Source: Alistipes onderdonkii
Lineage (GTDB): Bacteria; Fibrobacterota; Fibrobacteria; Fibrobacterales; Fibrobacteraceae
Direction: 5' to 3'
Length of the DNA: 64,000 nt
Assembly (NCBI GenBank): GCA_963656065.1
Contig: CAVKGV010000009.1
Coordinates: 27,498-91,497 of the forward strand
Part shown: positions 47,884-57,054 of the stretch, in pieces
Layout of the letters: the number at the start of each line of letters is the position of its first letter
Numbering within the stretch: the first letter of the stretch is position 1
Made by a program: the position numbers and the translations under genes
The notes under the pieces: model-generated
Seen by the model: only the letters and a program-made list of their open reading frames with translations
Database searches by the model: none
What the model was told of the DNA's origin: nothing

Positions 47884-49146
47884 TTAACGCCTGCGTTTTT
47901 GGCTGAAAAGAATTGTTCCCGTTTGCGACTTGTTTTCCGTTTCCTGGTTTTCGCGCGTCCGAATGACTTTTCCCTTGCGCAGTTCCCTACGGCCCAAAAG
48001 CCCTGCGCGGTCCGGGACGAAGAGCAGCAGAATCTGGATGCTCGGATTTCCCGGTTCAAGGTCCATCGGCACGATTTTTCGGAGCATGTATCCTTCGCGC
48101 CGAAAGCGCTTGATTTCCTGCACCGCGACCGTGAGGTTGGATGAGTTCAGGAGAATTCGCTCGGGCTGGCTTGCCGCGATTTCCGGGATGACGTTTCCGG
48201 AAAGGGCTTTTCCGGCGGGCGGGTCGAGATAGATGGTCCACTTGCCTTCCTTGGATTTTCCCCGGAAGAATTTCGGGAAAAAGTCCCTGTCGATTGCCGT
48301 GTGGATATAGCGGACGTTCAGCGTCTGGCGGTCCATCGGGCGGATGTCGGCGGCAAAGCAGTCTTCGAAATCTTTTGCAAGAGCTTCTGCGATGTAGGCG
48401 GGACCTGCGAAACATTCGAGAAGCCGGTCGCCTTTTGCCGGGTGGATCATTTCGCGGATGCGTTTTGGAAGGCCTATCCAGGGACCCTTGCAGGCCGGAG
48501 CCCAGTCGATGATGTTGTATTTCTGGTCGGAGCCGCCGATGGGAATGAACCTGCTCCCGAATCCCTTGCGAAATTCGATGTGGGCTCCCGGAAGCGGGTG
48601 CGCCGGATCGAATGTTTGCACCGGGCTGACCCGAATTTGGTGGCAGCAGAGGACGTCGCTTGAATGTTCGCGTTCGAGGTAGTCGAGGAAAGTCTTGAAC
48701 TCGCGGGTCGCCTCTGCGGAATGCAGAATGTTTTGCACGGCGATGCCGAAACGTCCGTCACCCGTGGCGCGAAACCAGATTTGGAGGATTGATCCGCGAA
48801 ACTTGGAAAGGTGAGGCTTTCGGATTTGGCTATCGACATCGAGGACGAGCTTGGGAGGTTTTGCGCCTTTGAAAGGACCTTCGATAGAAAGGATGCGGTT
48901 GCCTTTGGACATGTGCTGCGAGAGAATGCGCCAATCGCAGGCATCTGCCTTGACGGGAACCGTGAACCAGCTTTGGATTTTTCCGGGAATCCGGTTTTCC
49001 GTTGCCCAGTTTTCGAGATAGGCGCGCTTTTCTTCTAGGGCGGTCGGAATCGGTCCGGGCGTTTTGGACGGTGTGTCGTTCTTCGGATTTGAATCGGTTT
49101 GCTTGCGGTTCCAGGAACCGCGGTTCTTGAAATTTCTTCTTTGCAT
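47884..49146 (-). CDS. RlmD/TrmA-like RNA m5U methyltransferase-fold protein, apparently degenerate
   Basis: LLECFAG (motif I), YLDPP, ILLNSSN (usually VYVSCN), PMDLEPGNPSIQ (usually PVDMFPHTxHVE). Confidence 0.6.
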   Translation of the reverse strand: MQRRNFKNRGSWNRKQTDSNPKNDTPSKTPGPIPTALEEKRAYLENWATENRIPGKIQSWFTVPVKADACDWRILSQHMSKGNRILSIEGPFKGAKPPKLVLDVDSQIRKPHLSKFRGSILQIWFRATGDGRFGIAVQNILHSAEATREFKTFLDYLEREHSSDVLCCHQIRVSPVQTFDPAHPLPGAHIEFRKGFGSRFIPIGGSDQKYNIIDWAPACKGPWIGLPKRIREMIHPAKGDRLLECFAGPAYIAEALAKDFEDCFAADIRPMDRQTLNVRYIHTAIDRDFFPKFFRGKSKEGKWTIYLDPPAGKALSGNVIPEIAASQPERILLNSSNLTVAVQEIKRFRREGYMLRKIVPMDLEPGNPSIQILLLFVPDRAGLLGRRELRKGKVIRTRENQETENKSQTGTILFSQKRRR

Positions 49147-49155
49147 AGTTTTTGC

Positions 49156-50880
49156 CTAGACGATGAAGCGCGGATAGCGCCAGGTGCAATCCTTGGCGGG
49201 CTTTGGGGCGAAGTTCCTAAATTCTCCGCGAAGGCTGAACAGGTCGGGTGAACCGCTTATCGGAGAAAGGATGATTCGGGAATCCGCATGGGATTCGAGC
49301 TCCGGGTATTCTCCGGGGTTCGTTGCGGCGATGACCGCGGAACCGGTGAGAGAAATCAGCACCTCGACCATCTGGAGGAGGGCCTTTTCCGGCGGAATGT
49401 TGTTGCGCACCGCTTTCGGGTTGTGGAGGACTGCGGAAATCGGGTCGATGATGATTGCCGCATAGTCGTGTTCTTCCAACTTCTTGGCTCCTTTGACCCG
49501 CTTGGCGATATATTGCGCCATTTCTAGCGGGGAAAGGGCGATGCCGCGGAGGTTCAAGAAACCGAATGCGGGAATCGAAGCGGAAAGCCCGCGGTCCGCG
49601 GCGACTGCGAACAGCCTGTTCAGGAAGGCGGAACGGGTGCTTTCGAAATTGACGAAAAGGACATCGGACCTGTGCGTCGAAGTGAACAGCCAATCTTCTC
49701 CGTGGGAAATCGAAACGGCGAGGTCCATCAGGGCGAATGATTTTCCTGTCTTTGGCGGTGCCGTGAGAAGTAAGAATTCTCCGGTTTCAAGCGTCCCGTC
49801 GATCAGGAGCCTGTCCTTTTTCGGAGCGTCCTCGCTGTCGCTTGCAAGTTCGATGAGAGGCTTTCCGTCCAGGCAGAATTCCACCCAGGTCTGCCAATCC
49901 TCGAAAGACTTTGAGCCTTGTTCGAGTCCGATTAGATATTGCTGTTTCCCGTTGCGGAGAACTCCCGGCATCCGGACCATCTGTCCGGGATTTGCATTCG
50001 ACGAATCGATTTTGAATCCCTGTGAATCCAGAGTCTTGAACAGGTACTCGACGCGGGAATCGTATTCTTCGCGGTTCTTCGCATGGATCTTGATCCAGGC
50101 CTGGACGGAATTCGCCCCGGTGCTGACAAGTGCCGCACACGGAAGGTTCAGGGCTTTGTAGTAGGCGAGCTGTTTTGCCAAACTGAAGTTCGGGTTGTCA
50201 ACGACCGCATAACGGAAACGGAACGATTCGTCGCTTTCGTCGGCGCTCTTGACCGGGTTGATGCAGACAAGCGCTCCGTCTGGACCGTCTAGGGACTTCA
50301 TCGTTTTCTTGATGCCGTCAGCCTGTTTTAGAATTTCTTCAACCGACTGGGTTTGCGTCTCGGATGTGTTGGACTTTTTAAATTCGATGAATTCTTCTGG
50401 CTTGAACAGCGCACCTAGAAGTTTTGCGAAATCCAGTCTCCAGTCGGGAGTCGGCCATGGGATGTTGAGCGCTTCCGGGTCTATCCGGTGGTTTTGCAAA
50501 AGTTCGAGAGCTTGGGCGTCTAGGCCCATGGCGAGAACCTGTTCTAAGGAAATGGCTCCCGAAATAATCGGTTGGACGGGAGCTTTGATCGTGTCTGCCT
50601 GTTGCGGAGCCTGCTGCCCGTTTTCGGATTCTTTGTCCTGCGGCTTTTCACGGTTTCGTTCGCGCTTCTCCGCTGCGTAGGCTCTTCGGATGATAGCGTC
50701 GGAATCTTCTTCGGAAAGTCCTTCGTCTTTTGCGTGTTCGCCTAGCTGGAATGTCGCTTCCATATAGGTCATTCCGCTTTTTTCGGCGGCTTCGGCAGCT
50801 CGGAAAAGCTCGCTCTTCAGTTCTTCGGGCTTGTGCTTGCTGCTTAAAAACAGGTTGATGATTTGACGCGGACTATCCAT
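49156..50880 (-). CDS. Phage/plasmid-type primase-like domain + AAA_25/RepA-like helicase fusion
   Basis: FRYAVVD, LPCAALVSTGANSVQAW, NPGQMVRMPG; Walker A APPKTGKS, VLFVNFE, Walker B IIIDP. Confidence 0.7.
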   Translation of the reverse strand: MDSPRQIINLFLSSKHKPEELKSELFRAAEAAEKSGMTYMEATFQLGEHAKDEGLSEEDSDAIIRRAYAAEKRERNREKPQDKESENGQQAPQQADTIKAPVQPIISGAISLEQVLAMGLDAQALELLQNHRIDPEALNIPWPTPDWRLDFAKLLGALFKPEEFIEFKKSNTSETQTQSVEEILKQADGIKKTMKSLDGPDGALVCINPVKSADESDESFRFRYAVVDNPNFSLAKQLAYYKALNLPCAALVSTGANSVQAWIKIHAKNREEYDSRVEYLFKTLDSQGFKIDSSNANPGQMVRMPGVLRNGKQQYLIGLEQGSKSFEDWQTWVEFCLDGKPLIELASDSEDAPKKDRLLIDGTLETGEFLLLTAPPKTGKSFALMDLAVSISHGEDWLFTSTHRSDVLFVNFESTRSAFLNRLFAVAADRGLSASIPAFGFLNLRGIALSPLEMAQYIAKRVKGAKKLEEHDYAAIIIDPISAVLHNPKAVRNNIPPEKALLQMVEVLISLTGSAVIAATNPGEYPELESHADSRIILSPISGSPDLFSLRGEFRNFAPKPAKDCTWRYPRFIV

Positions 50881-50931
50881 ATAGAGAGAAATATAATTTT
50901 ATTCGGCGTCGTATGGAACTTTTTGACGATT

Positions 50932-52296
50932 TTAGCGTGTCACATTGCGTATCCAGCGTTTACGTTCGATTCGCCATATCAGGATGGGCAATTTGACTAT
51001 TTCGTCCGAACGAAGCATCAAAAAAACGAGCGGAAAGGAAAGTTCCCAGCGAAAACCGGCCAGGTAGCCGAGCGGAATGGAAAAAAGCCAAAGGCTTCCG
51101 AGATCGAGAAGGGATGTGAAAACGGTATCGCCTCCGGCTCGCAGGATGCCGATGACTGCAGGTGACGTATAGGAGTGGAGAATTATCATGACGCATTGGA
51201 TGCAGATAAATGTCTTCGCCAGTTGAACCGTTTCTTCCGGAATTTCGTACAAAGTAAGAATCGAACCCTTTGATATGAAGAGAATGGACGAAGCGACGAT
51301 TCCGACGAAAACGCCTGCGAGTAGAAGGGTGTTGGCATAACGCTTGGCATCGCCTAGATTTCCGCCGCCGAGCCTGTTTCCGATGATCGGTGCGGATGCC
51401 CCGGCGACTCCGAAGATGAAGACAAGCGCCACTTGCTGGAGCGTTCCTACGATGCTTGCCGCGGCAATAATTGTCGAGTTCAGATGCCCGAGAACGACAG
51501 ATTGGGCCGCCACGCCGACGGACCATCCTGTCTCGTTGACGATGACCGGTAGGCTGTAGCGGAGAAAATCCCTGAAAAGCGGAATGTCAAAATGGAAGAG
51601 ATTTTTAAAGCGAAAATTCAGATGCCTTTCCATGAAGCGTACATAGAAAACAAGGGCAAAACATTCGAGCGCTCTTGCGATGAGCGTGGCGATGGCCGCT
51701 CCGCGGACGCCTAGGGCGGGGAAGCCGCAGTGGCCGAAAATCAGGATCCAGTTGAGGACGATGTTTAAAATGAACGCTCCGGAAGTAACGATAAGTCCCG
51801 CCTTGACTTCGCGCGTGCTGCGCATGAGCATGATGAGCGTGTTGCTGAATCCGAAGAAGAAGTAGGTGAATCCCTGGATTTTCAGATATTCCGCCCCGAT
51901 ATCGACAAGTTCGGGGATGTTCGTAAAAATCCGCATGACTTCGTGCGGGAAAACCGTAGTGAAAAATCCGAACAGGAAAGAAACAAGCGTTCCTATGCAG
52001 AGCGTGATGGAAACGAGTTTCTGGATGCTTTCGGAATCGTGCTTCCCGTAATACTGCGCAACGAGAACGCCCCCGCCGCTTGCAATCCCGAACGAAACCA
52101 GCGAAAAGACGAAGAACGGTTGGCCTGCAAGAGTTACCGCTCCGAGAGCCGCTTCGGAAATGCTTCCGACCATGATGTTGTCGGCAAGCGAAAGGGAAAA
52201 TTTGATAAGGTCCTGTAGGGCAATCGGAAGCGCAAGCCCGACAAGAACTTTGAAAAAATGCGGTTCCAGGATGAATTTCTCGGCGAGCTTCATCAC
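50932..52296 (-). CDS. MATE family efflux transporter
   Basis: LALPI, DNIMVG, PALGVRGAAIAT, ILRAGGD; about 12 TM. Confidence 0.93.
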   Translation of the reverse strand: MMKLAEKFILEPHFFKVLVGLALPIALQDLIKFSLSLADNIMVGSISEAALGAVTLAGQPFFVFSLVSFGIASGGGVLVAQYYGKHDSESIQKLVSITLCIGTLVSFLFGFFTTVFPHEVMRIFTNIPELVDIGAEYLKIQGFTYFFFGFSNTLIMLMRSTREVKAGLIVTSGAFILNIVLNWILIFGHCGFPALGVRGAAIATLIARALECFALVFYVRFMERHLNFRFKNLFHFDIPLFRDFLRYSLPVIVNETGWSVGVAAQSVVLGHLNSTIIAAASIVGTLQQVALVFIFGVAGASAPIIGNRLGGGNLGDAKRYANTLLLAGVFVGIVASSILFISKGSILTLYEIPEETVQLAKTFICIQCVMIILHSYTSPAVIGILRAGGDTVFTSLLDLGSLWLFSIPLGYLAGFRWELSFPLVFLMLRSDEIVKLPILIWRIERKRWIRNVTR

Positions 52297-54044
52297 ACTC
52301 CCGCGGGAACGATTTCTCCGCCTGAATAGTTGAGGATTTTGTAGGCGTATCCCTGTTCGGTGAGGAACAGCTGCCTGTTCATGGCAAATTCCTGTTCCTT
52401 GGAATCCTTGGTCACCAGTGAGAAAAAGTGCGCCGGGCGACCGTCTTCCTTGGGGCGCAGGACGCGTCCGAGTCTCTGGGCTTCTTCCTGCCGGCTTCCG
52501 AATGTGCCCGAAATCTGGATGAGGATGCTCGCATCAGGAAGGTCTATCGCAAAGTTTCCCACTTTGGAAATCATGAGGTTGCGGAGCGTTCCCTTGCGGA
52601 AATCTCCGTAGAGTCTATCTCGCTCCTTGTTCGGCGTTTTTCCCGTGATCAGCGGAATTTCAAGCTTTTCGGAGAGCTTTTGCAACTGGTCAATGTATTG
52701 CCCGATGATTAAGATGCGGTCTTCCGGCTCGTTATATGTTTCAATGAGCTTTTTGACGACGTCGTCTTTTTGCGGGCTGGTGCTCGCTATCGTGATTTTA
52801 TCGCGTGTCTGGGCGAGCGCATACTGCATTTTCTGCTCGGCGGTCATGACGACGCGGATTTCGCTGCAGTCCGCCGTTGCTATCCAGCCCTGCGATTCGA
52901 GAATTTTCCAGGGGAGGTCGAACTTTTTCGGACCGATAAGCGAGAACACTTCGGTCTCCTTGCCGTCTTCGCGGACAAGCGTTGCCGTAAGGCCTAGCCG
53001 GCGCGTCGCCTGCATTTCCGCACTGAAACGGAAAACGGGAGCGGGCAGAAGGTGGACTTCGTCGTAGATCATCAGTCCCCACTTGTGTTCGCTGAACAGC
53101 GGGAAGTTGACTAGTGGCTTGTCGTCTGCTTCGCTCTTTTTTCCGTCTTCCGATTCTTCGCCTTTTTTGACCCGCTTTCTCTGTGTCAGGATCTGGTAAG
53201 TTGCGACGGTGACGGGACCGATTTCCTTGACATCGCCCGAATATTCCTTTACCTGGTCTGCGGTGAGCGTTGTCTTGTCGAGAAGTTCGCGGATCCATTG
53301 CCTTGCCGCGGAAATGTTCGGGGTGAGGATGAGCGTCCGTGTCTTCATCAGGGCCATCGTCGCCATGCCGATAAGCGTCTTGCCCGATCCGCACGGGAGG
53401 ACGATGACGCCCGAACCGCCTTTTTCGGAACCGGACGCGTAGAAAATCTGGGAAGCGTCTTTCTGGTAGCTTCTGAGCTCAAGATTTTTTCCGCTCAGGG
53501 TTACTTTTCGAAGTTCGATGGGGAGCGGGTCCCCGGAAACGTAGCCGGCGATATCCTCGACGGGAAATCCGTTCAGCGTGAGCGTCATCTTGAGAATGCC
53601 GCGCTTGTTCGGATCGACAATCGCTTTCGTATCGCCGTCAAATTTCACCAGGCAACTGGCGACATTCGGCAGCTTGCAGACTTCCTTGAATAGAGCCGCA
53701 TCGGTTGATTCCAGGCAAAGGTCCTGTCCGTCCTTGACGAGCTTGAGCATTCCGTAGCGGCCCATGTAGTCATGGATTTCCGTCGCAACGGTTTCCGGTA
53801 CGGGATATTTTCCCTGGTCTTCAAGGCAGCGGACGACATCGTCGGCGGTAAGGCCTGTCGATGCGGCGTTCCACAGGGAAAGGTGCGAAATGCGGTATGT
53901 GTGCAAGTGCTCCGGGCTTTTGACCAGTTCGGTAAACGGGGCGATTGCGTCTCGGGCCTCAATGTAGTGCTTGTTGTGCACTTCGACGAGGATTTCCATA
54001 TTGCTTTGAACGATGATTGCGCCTTCGGGATTCATAGCCGCCAT
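52293..54044 (-). CDS. DNA repair helicase XPB/Ssl2/Rad25
   Basis: ELVKSPEHLHTYRI, LRSYQ, LPCGSGKT, DEVH, GLTAT, QRLGRVLR; ATG 54044 chosen because the longer ORF runs into the tRNA. Confidence 0.93.
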   Translation of the reverse strand: MAAMNPEGAIIVQSNMEILVEVHNKHYIEARDAIAPFTELVKSPEHLHTYRISHLSLWNAASTGLTADDVVRCLEDQGKYPVPETVATEIHDYMGRYGMLKLVKDGQDLCLESTDAALFKEVCKLPNVASCLVKFDGDTKAIVDPNKRGILKMTLTLNGFPVEDIAGYVSGDPLPIELRKVTLSGKNLELRSYQKDASQIFYASGSEKGGSGVIVLPCGSGKTLIGMATMALMKTRTLILTPNISAARQWIRELLDKTTLTADQVKEYSGDVKEIGPVTVATYQILTQRKRVKKGEESEDGKKSEADDKPLVNFPLFSEHKWGLMIYDEVHLLPAPVFRFSAEMQATRRLGLTATLVREDGKETEVFSLIGPKKFDLPWKILESQGWIATADCSEIRVVMTAEQKMQYALAQTRDKITIASTSPQKDDVVKKLIETYNEPEDRILIIGQYIDQLQKLSEKLEIPLITGKTPNKERDRLYGDFRKGTLRNLMISKVGNFAIDLPDASILIQISGTFGSRQEEAQRLGRVLRPKEDGRPAHFFSLVTKDSKEQEFAMNRQLFLTEQGYAYKILNYSGGEIVPAGV

Positions 54045-54085
54045 ATTTAAAAAATTATGGGGCGATTGGCGAAAAAAATCCACAC

Positions 54086-54114
54086 AAAAAAACCGGATTC
54101 TTTCGAATCCGGTT
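54086..54114 (-). terminator. Terminator after tRNA-Thr
   Basis: AACCGGATTC-TTTC-GAATCCGGTT with an A-tract giving a U-run on the minus strand. Confidence 0.8.
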
Positions 54115-54118
54115 AAAG

Positions 54119-54191
54119 AGCCACCCAACAGATTTGAACTGTCGACCTGCTGATTACGAATCAGCTGCTCTACCAGCTGAGCTAGAGTGGC
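54119..54191 (-). tRNA. tRNA-Thr(CGT)
   Basis: GCCACTCTAGCTCAGCTGGTAGAGCAGCTGATTCGTAATCAGCAGGTCGACAGTTCAAATCTGTTGGGTGGCT; cloverleaf; CCA not encoded. Confidence 0.95.
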
Positions 54192-54268
54192 ATCGCGAAA
54201 CCAAATGTAACAAATATTTTGAAAAATTTCTATATTAAACCCAAAATTTTTTTCAAGGACCCAAAAAT

Positions 54269-54982
54269 ATGGCTTCTAAAATGCCGAATAACATGCCGAA
54301 TGGCGGAAATTCCGCCGGGAATTCGGAGATGAAGGAATTTTTTATCCAGCATGGAATGGTTGTTGGTGTCATTTTCCTTGTCGTAGTCATCGCCGTGATC
54401 GTGCTGGTTCGCTTTCACGGTTCGAGGACCCAGGCGAATGTGGCGCAGGCGGAACTTTTAGGTCCGGCCCTCGCCTATGAATATACGGGTAAAAAAGACA
54501 GCGCGCTTTCGGAGTATGAACGTTTGCTCGCCGGAAACGAGTTGAGCGGAGGAACCCTTGCCAAGGCGGCTCTCCTTGCGGGGAATATCTATTTCCAGAA
54601 CGGGGAATTCAATACCGCCGCGGTCCTTTACCAGAAAGCGCTTGACAATGCGGGATCGTTGCCGCTCGTTCGGGGCGGTGCGATGCACGGACAGGCTGCT
54701 GTCGCCATCGAAAACAAGGATTACGCCGCCGCGGTGACTCTTCTTGAAAAATTCATCGCCGAGTTTGGAAAGCGGACCGGAGACTTGGAAGACCGTTACG
54801 AAAAGGTTGAACCCGCGGATCCTGTCCCGACGGTAGCCGATGCGCTCTGGAAGCTTTCGCTGGTATATAGCCAGATGGGATTCCCGGACAAGGCCAAGGC
54901 GACCGCCGAAAAGCTGCTCAAGAAATACGGCGACAACCAGTTTTATGTGGATCGCGCAAAGAAGCTGATTGCCACCCTCTGA
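54269..54982 (+). CDS. Membrane-anchored TPR protein (YfgM-like)
   Basis: N-terminal TM helix followed by TPR helices. Confidence 0.7.
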   Translation: MASKMPNNMPNGGNSAGNSEMKEFFIQHGMVVGVIFLVVVIAVIVLVRFHGSRTQANVAQAELLGPALAYEYTGKKDSALSEYERLLAGNELSGGTLAKAALLAGNIYFQNGEFNTAAVLYQKALDNAGSLPLVRGGAMHGQAAVAIENKDYAAAVTLLEKFIAEFGKRTGDLEDRYEKVEPADPVPTVADALWKLSLVYSQMGFPDKAKATAEKLLKKYGDNQFYVDRAKKLIATL

Positions 54983-55204
54983 TTTTGCTTCTTGGATTTT
55001 CGAAAAGTTCGCTTTTGCCGGCGGACTTTTTTTGTGCGTGGAAAGTTTCGGAAAAAGACTTTTTTGAAATTTGACAAATATGTTGTAAATGAAACTCCTC
55101 GGACTGGAACCGGCGGTCGAAGTCGAAAAAACTTTCCGCGTTTTCCGGATGAAATTTTGATTCACATTTTAAATTTTCCAGGCAAATCAATATCGGAGAA
55201 TTCT

Positions 55205-56440
55205 ATGGAAGACTATATCCAGAACCTGTTTGCGGAACGCATCGGCGGAAGTTCCTTCGGAAAGGGAACCGTCCTCTACAAGTTTGAAAAAATCAAGCGG
55301 GCTCGTCGCGAAGCGGAAAAGGCGCATCCCGAAACGCCGATTATCGATATGGGTGTCGGAGAACCGGACTGGATGGCGGATCCGTCTGTCGTAAAAAGGC
55401 TTGCCCAGGAAGCGGAAAAATGGGAAAATCGCGGCTATGCGGACAACGGAATTTTGCCGTTCCAGGAAGCGGCTGCGAAATACATGGAATCCGTTTTCGG
55501 CGTTCGCGGCCTCGATGCGCAGAATGAAATCTGCCACAGTATCGGTTCGAAGCCGGCTCTTGCAATGCTTCCGCAGGCCTTTATCAATCCGGGCGATGTG
55601 TCTATCGTGACCGTTCCCGGGTATGGGGTTCTCGGAACGATGACCCGCTTTCTCGGCGGGGAAGTCTATCCGCTTCCGCTGCTTCCCGAAAACGATTTTT
55701 TGCCGGATCTGTCAAGCGTTCCCGCGGACATAGCGAAACGGGCGAAACTTCTCTACATCAATTACCCGAACAATCCGACGGGTGCCGTAGCGACTCCCGA
55801 ATTTTTTGAAAAAGTCGTCGATTTTGCCCGGAAAAACCATGTTATCGTCGTTTCTGATGCGGCCTATGCGGCTCTGACTTTTGACGGTTACGCTCCGCTC
55901 AGCTTCCTTTCCGTTCCCGGGGCAAAGGACGTCGGCGTGGAAATCCAGTCCCTTTCGAAGGCGTTCAACATGACGGGCTGGCGTCTGGGATTTGTCGCGG
56001 GGAACGAGAAAGTCGTGAAAGGCTTTGCGTGTGTCAAGGACAACAACGATTCGGGACAGTTCAAGGCTATCCAGTATGCCGGCGTAGAAGCGCTTTCGAC
56101 TCCGTCGATTACGGAGAGGACCGTGGCGAAGTATTCTAGGCGGCATGACAGGTTGGTCAAGGCGCTTTCCGACGTCGGATTCAAAGTGAAAAAGCCGAAG
56201 GGAAGTTTTTACCTCTATGCGCAGGCTCCTAAAGGAATCGATGGCGGTGAAAAATTTTCGAGCGCGGAGGATTTTTCGCAGTGGCTGATTCGGGAGAAAC
56301 AGATTTCGACGGTCCCTTGGGACGATGCGGGACACTTTATCCGTTTCAGCGTCACTTTCACCGCGGATTCGGAAGCTTCGGAAGTCGCCCTGATGGATGA
56401 AATCAAGCGCAGGCTTTCGGACGTGAAATTCGTCTGGTAG
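55205..56440 (+). CDS. dapL: LL-diaminopimelate aminotransferase
   Basis: YKFEKIKRA, DMGVGEPD, NYPNNPTG, SLSKAFNMTGWRLG; GGAG RBS before ATG 55205. Confidence 0.88.
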   Translation: MEDYIQNLFAERIGGSSFGKGTVLYKFEKIKRARREAEKAHPETPIIDMGVGEPDWMADPSVVKRLAQEAEKWENRGYADNGILPFQEAAAKYMESVFGVRGLDAQNEICHSIGSKPALAMLPQAFINPGDVSIVTVPGYGVLGTMTRFLGGEVYPLPLLPENDFLPDLSSVPADIAKRAKLLYINYPNNPTGAVATPEFFEKVVDFARKNHVIVVSDAAYAALTFDGYAPLSFLSVPGAKDVGVEIQSLSKAFNMTGWRLGFVAGNEKVVKGFACVKDNNDSGQFKAIQYAGVEALSTPSITERTVAKYSRRHDRLVKALSDVGFKVKKPKGSFYLYAQAPKGIDGGEKFSSAEDFSQWLIREKQISTVPWDDAGHFIRFSVTFTADSEASEVALMDEIKRRLSDVKFVW

Positions 56441-56458
56441 CGAAAAGTTGTGGAAAAT

Positions 56459-56998
56459 TCAGGGGAACATCGTCTTCAAAAGAGAATCGATCTGTTCAAA
56501 GTGCTTTTTGGACAGGTCGCCGAAGCGGTAGAAAGTCCCGTCCTTGTTTACGATGAAGACGACGGGAACGTAACCTGTTCCGTAAGCGGGACCGAACTTG
56601 GCGTTTACGTCCTGGAAAATGGGGAATGTCGCATTGAACTGGTCGATGAACAGGCGCACATCGTTCTTCTTGATTCCGCCGCCGATTGAAATTCCGATGC
56701 CCGTCAGCCCTTTCGGCTCGTACTTCTTGATGAGCGCTTGCATTTCAGGGAAGCTCGCTTGGCAATGCGGGCATTTCGGGCTGAAGTAATAAATGATAAG
56801 AGGCTTGCCGCTGAAATGGGCGAAGAGCATTCCCGGATCGTTTACTCCGGCGAGTGTCTGCATAAAATCGATTTTTATCGGGGTTCCCGTGGAATCCTGC
56901 TGCAGGGTCGGAGGCTCTTGCTTGGGAACATCGTTCTGCCCGAAAGCAAACATGGAAAAAAATGCAACCAGCGCAATCGCTTTTACCGGGAAACGCAT
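56459..56998 (-). CDS. Exported thioredoxin-like (TlpA/ResA) protein
   Basis: Signal peptide, CPHC, YVP cis-Pro motif. Confidence 0.85.
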   Translation of the reverse strand: MRFPVKAIALVAFFSMFAFGQNDVPKQEPPTLQQDSTGTPIKIDFMQTLAGVNDPGMLFAHFSGKPLIIYYFSPKCPHCQASFPEMQALIKKYEPKGLTGIGISIGGGIKKNDVRLFIDQFNATFPIFQDVNAKFGPAYGTGYVPVVFIVNKDGTFYRFGDLSKKHFEQIDSLLKTMFP

Positions 56999-57054
56999 TC
57001 AAAACTCCTATTCAGAACGGATTTTAAAATATAAAATGGCACTATGAAAGTCAA

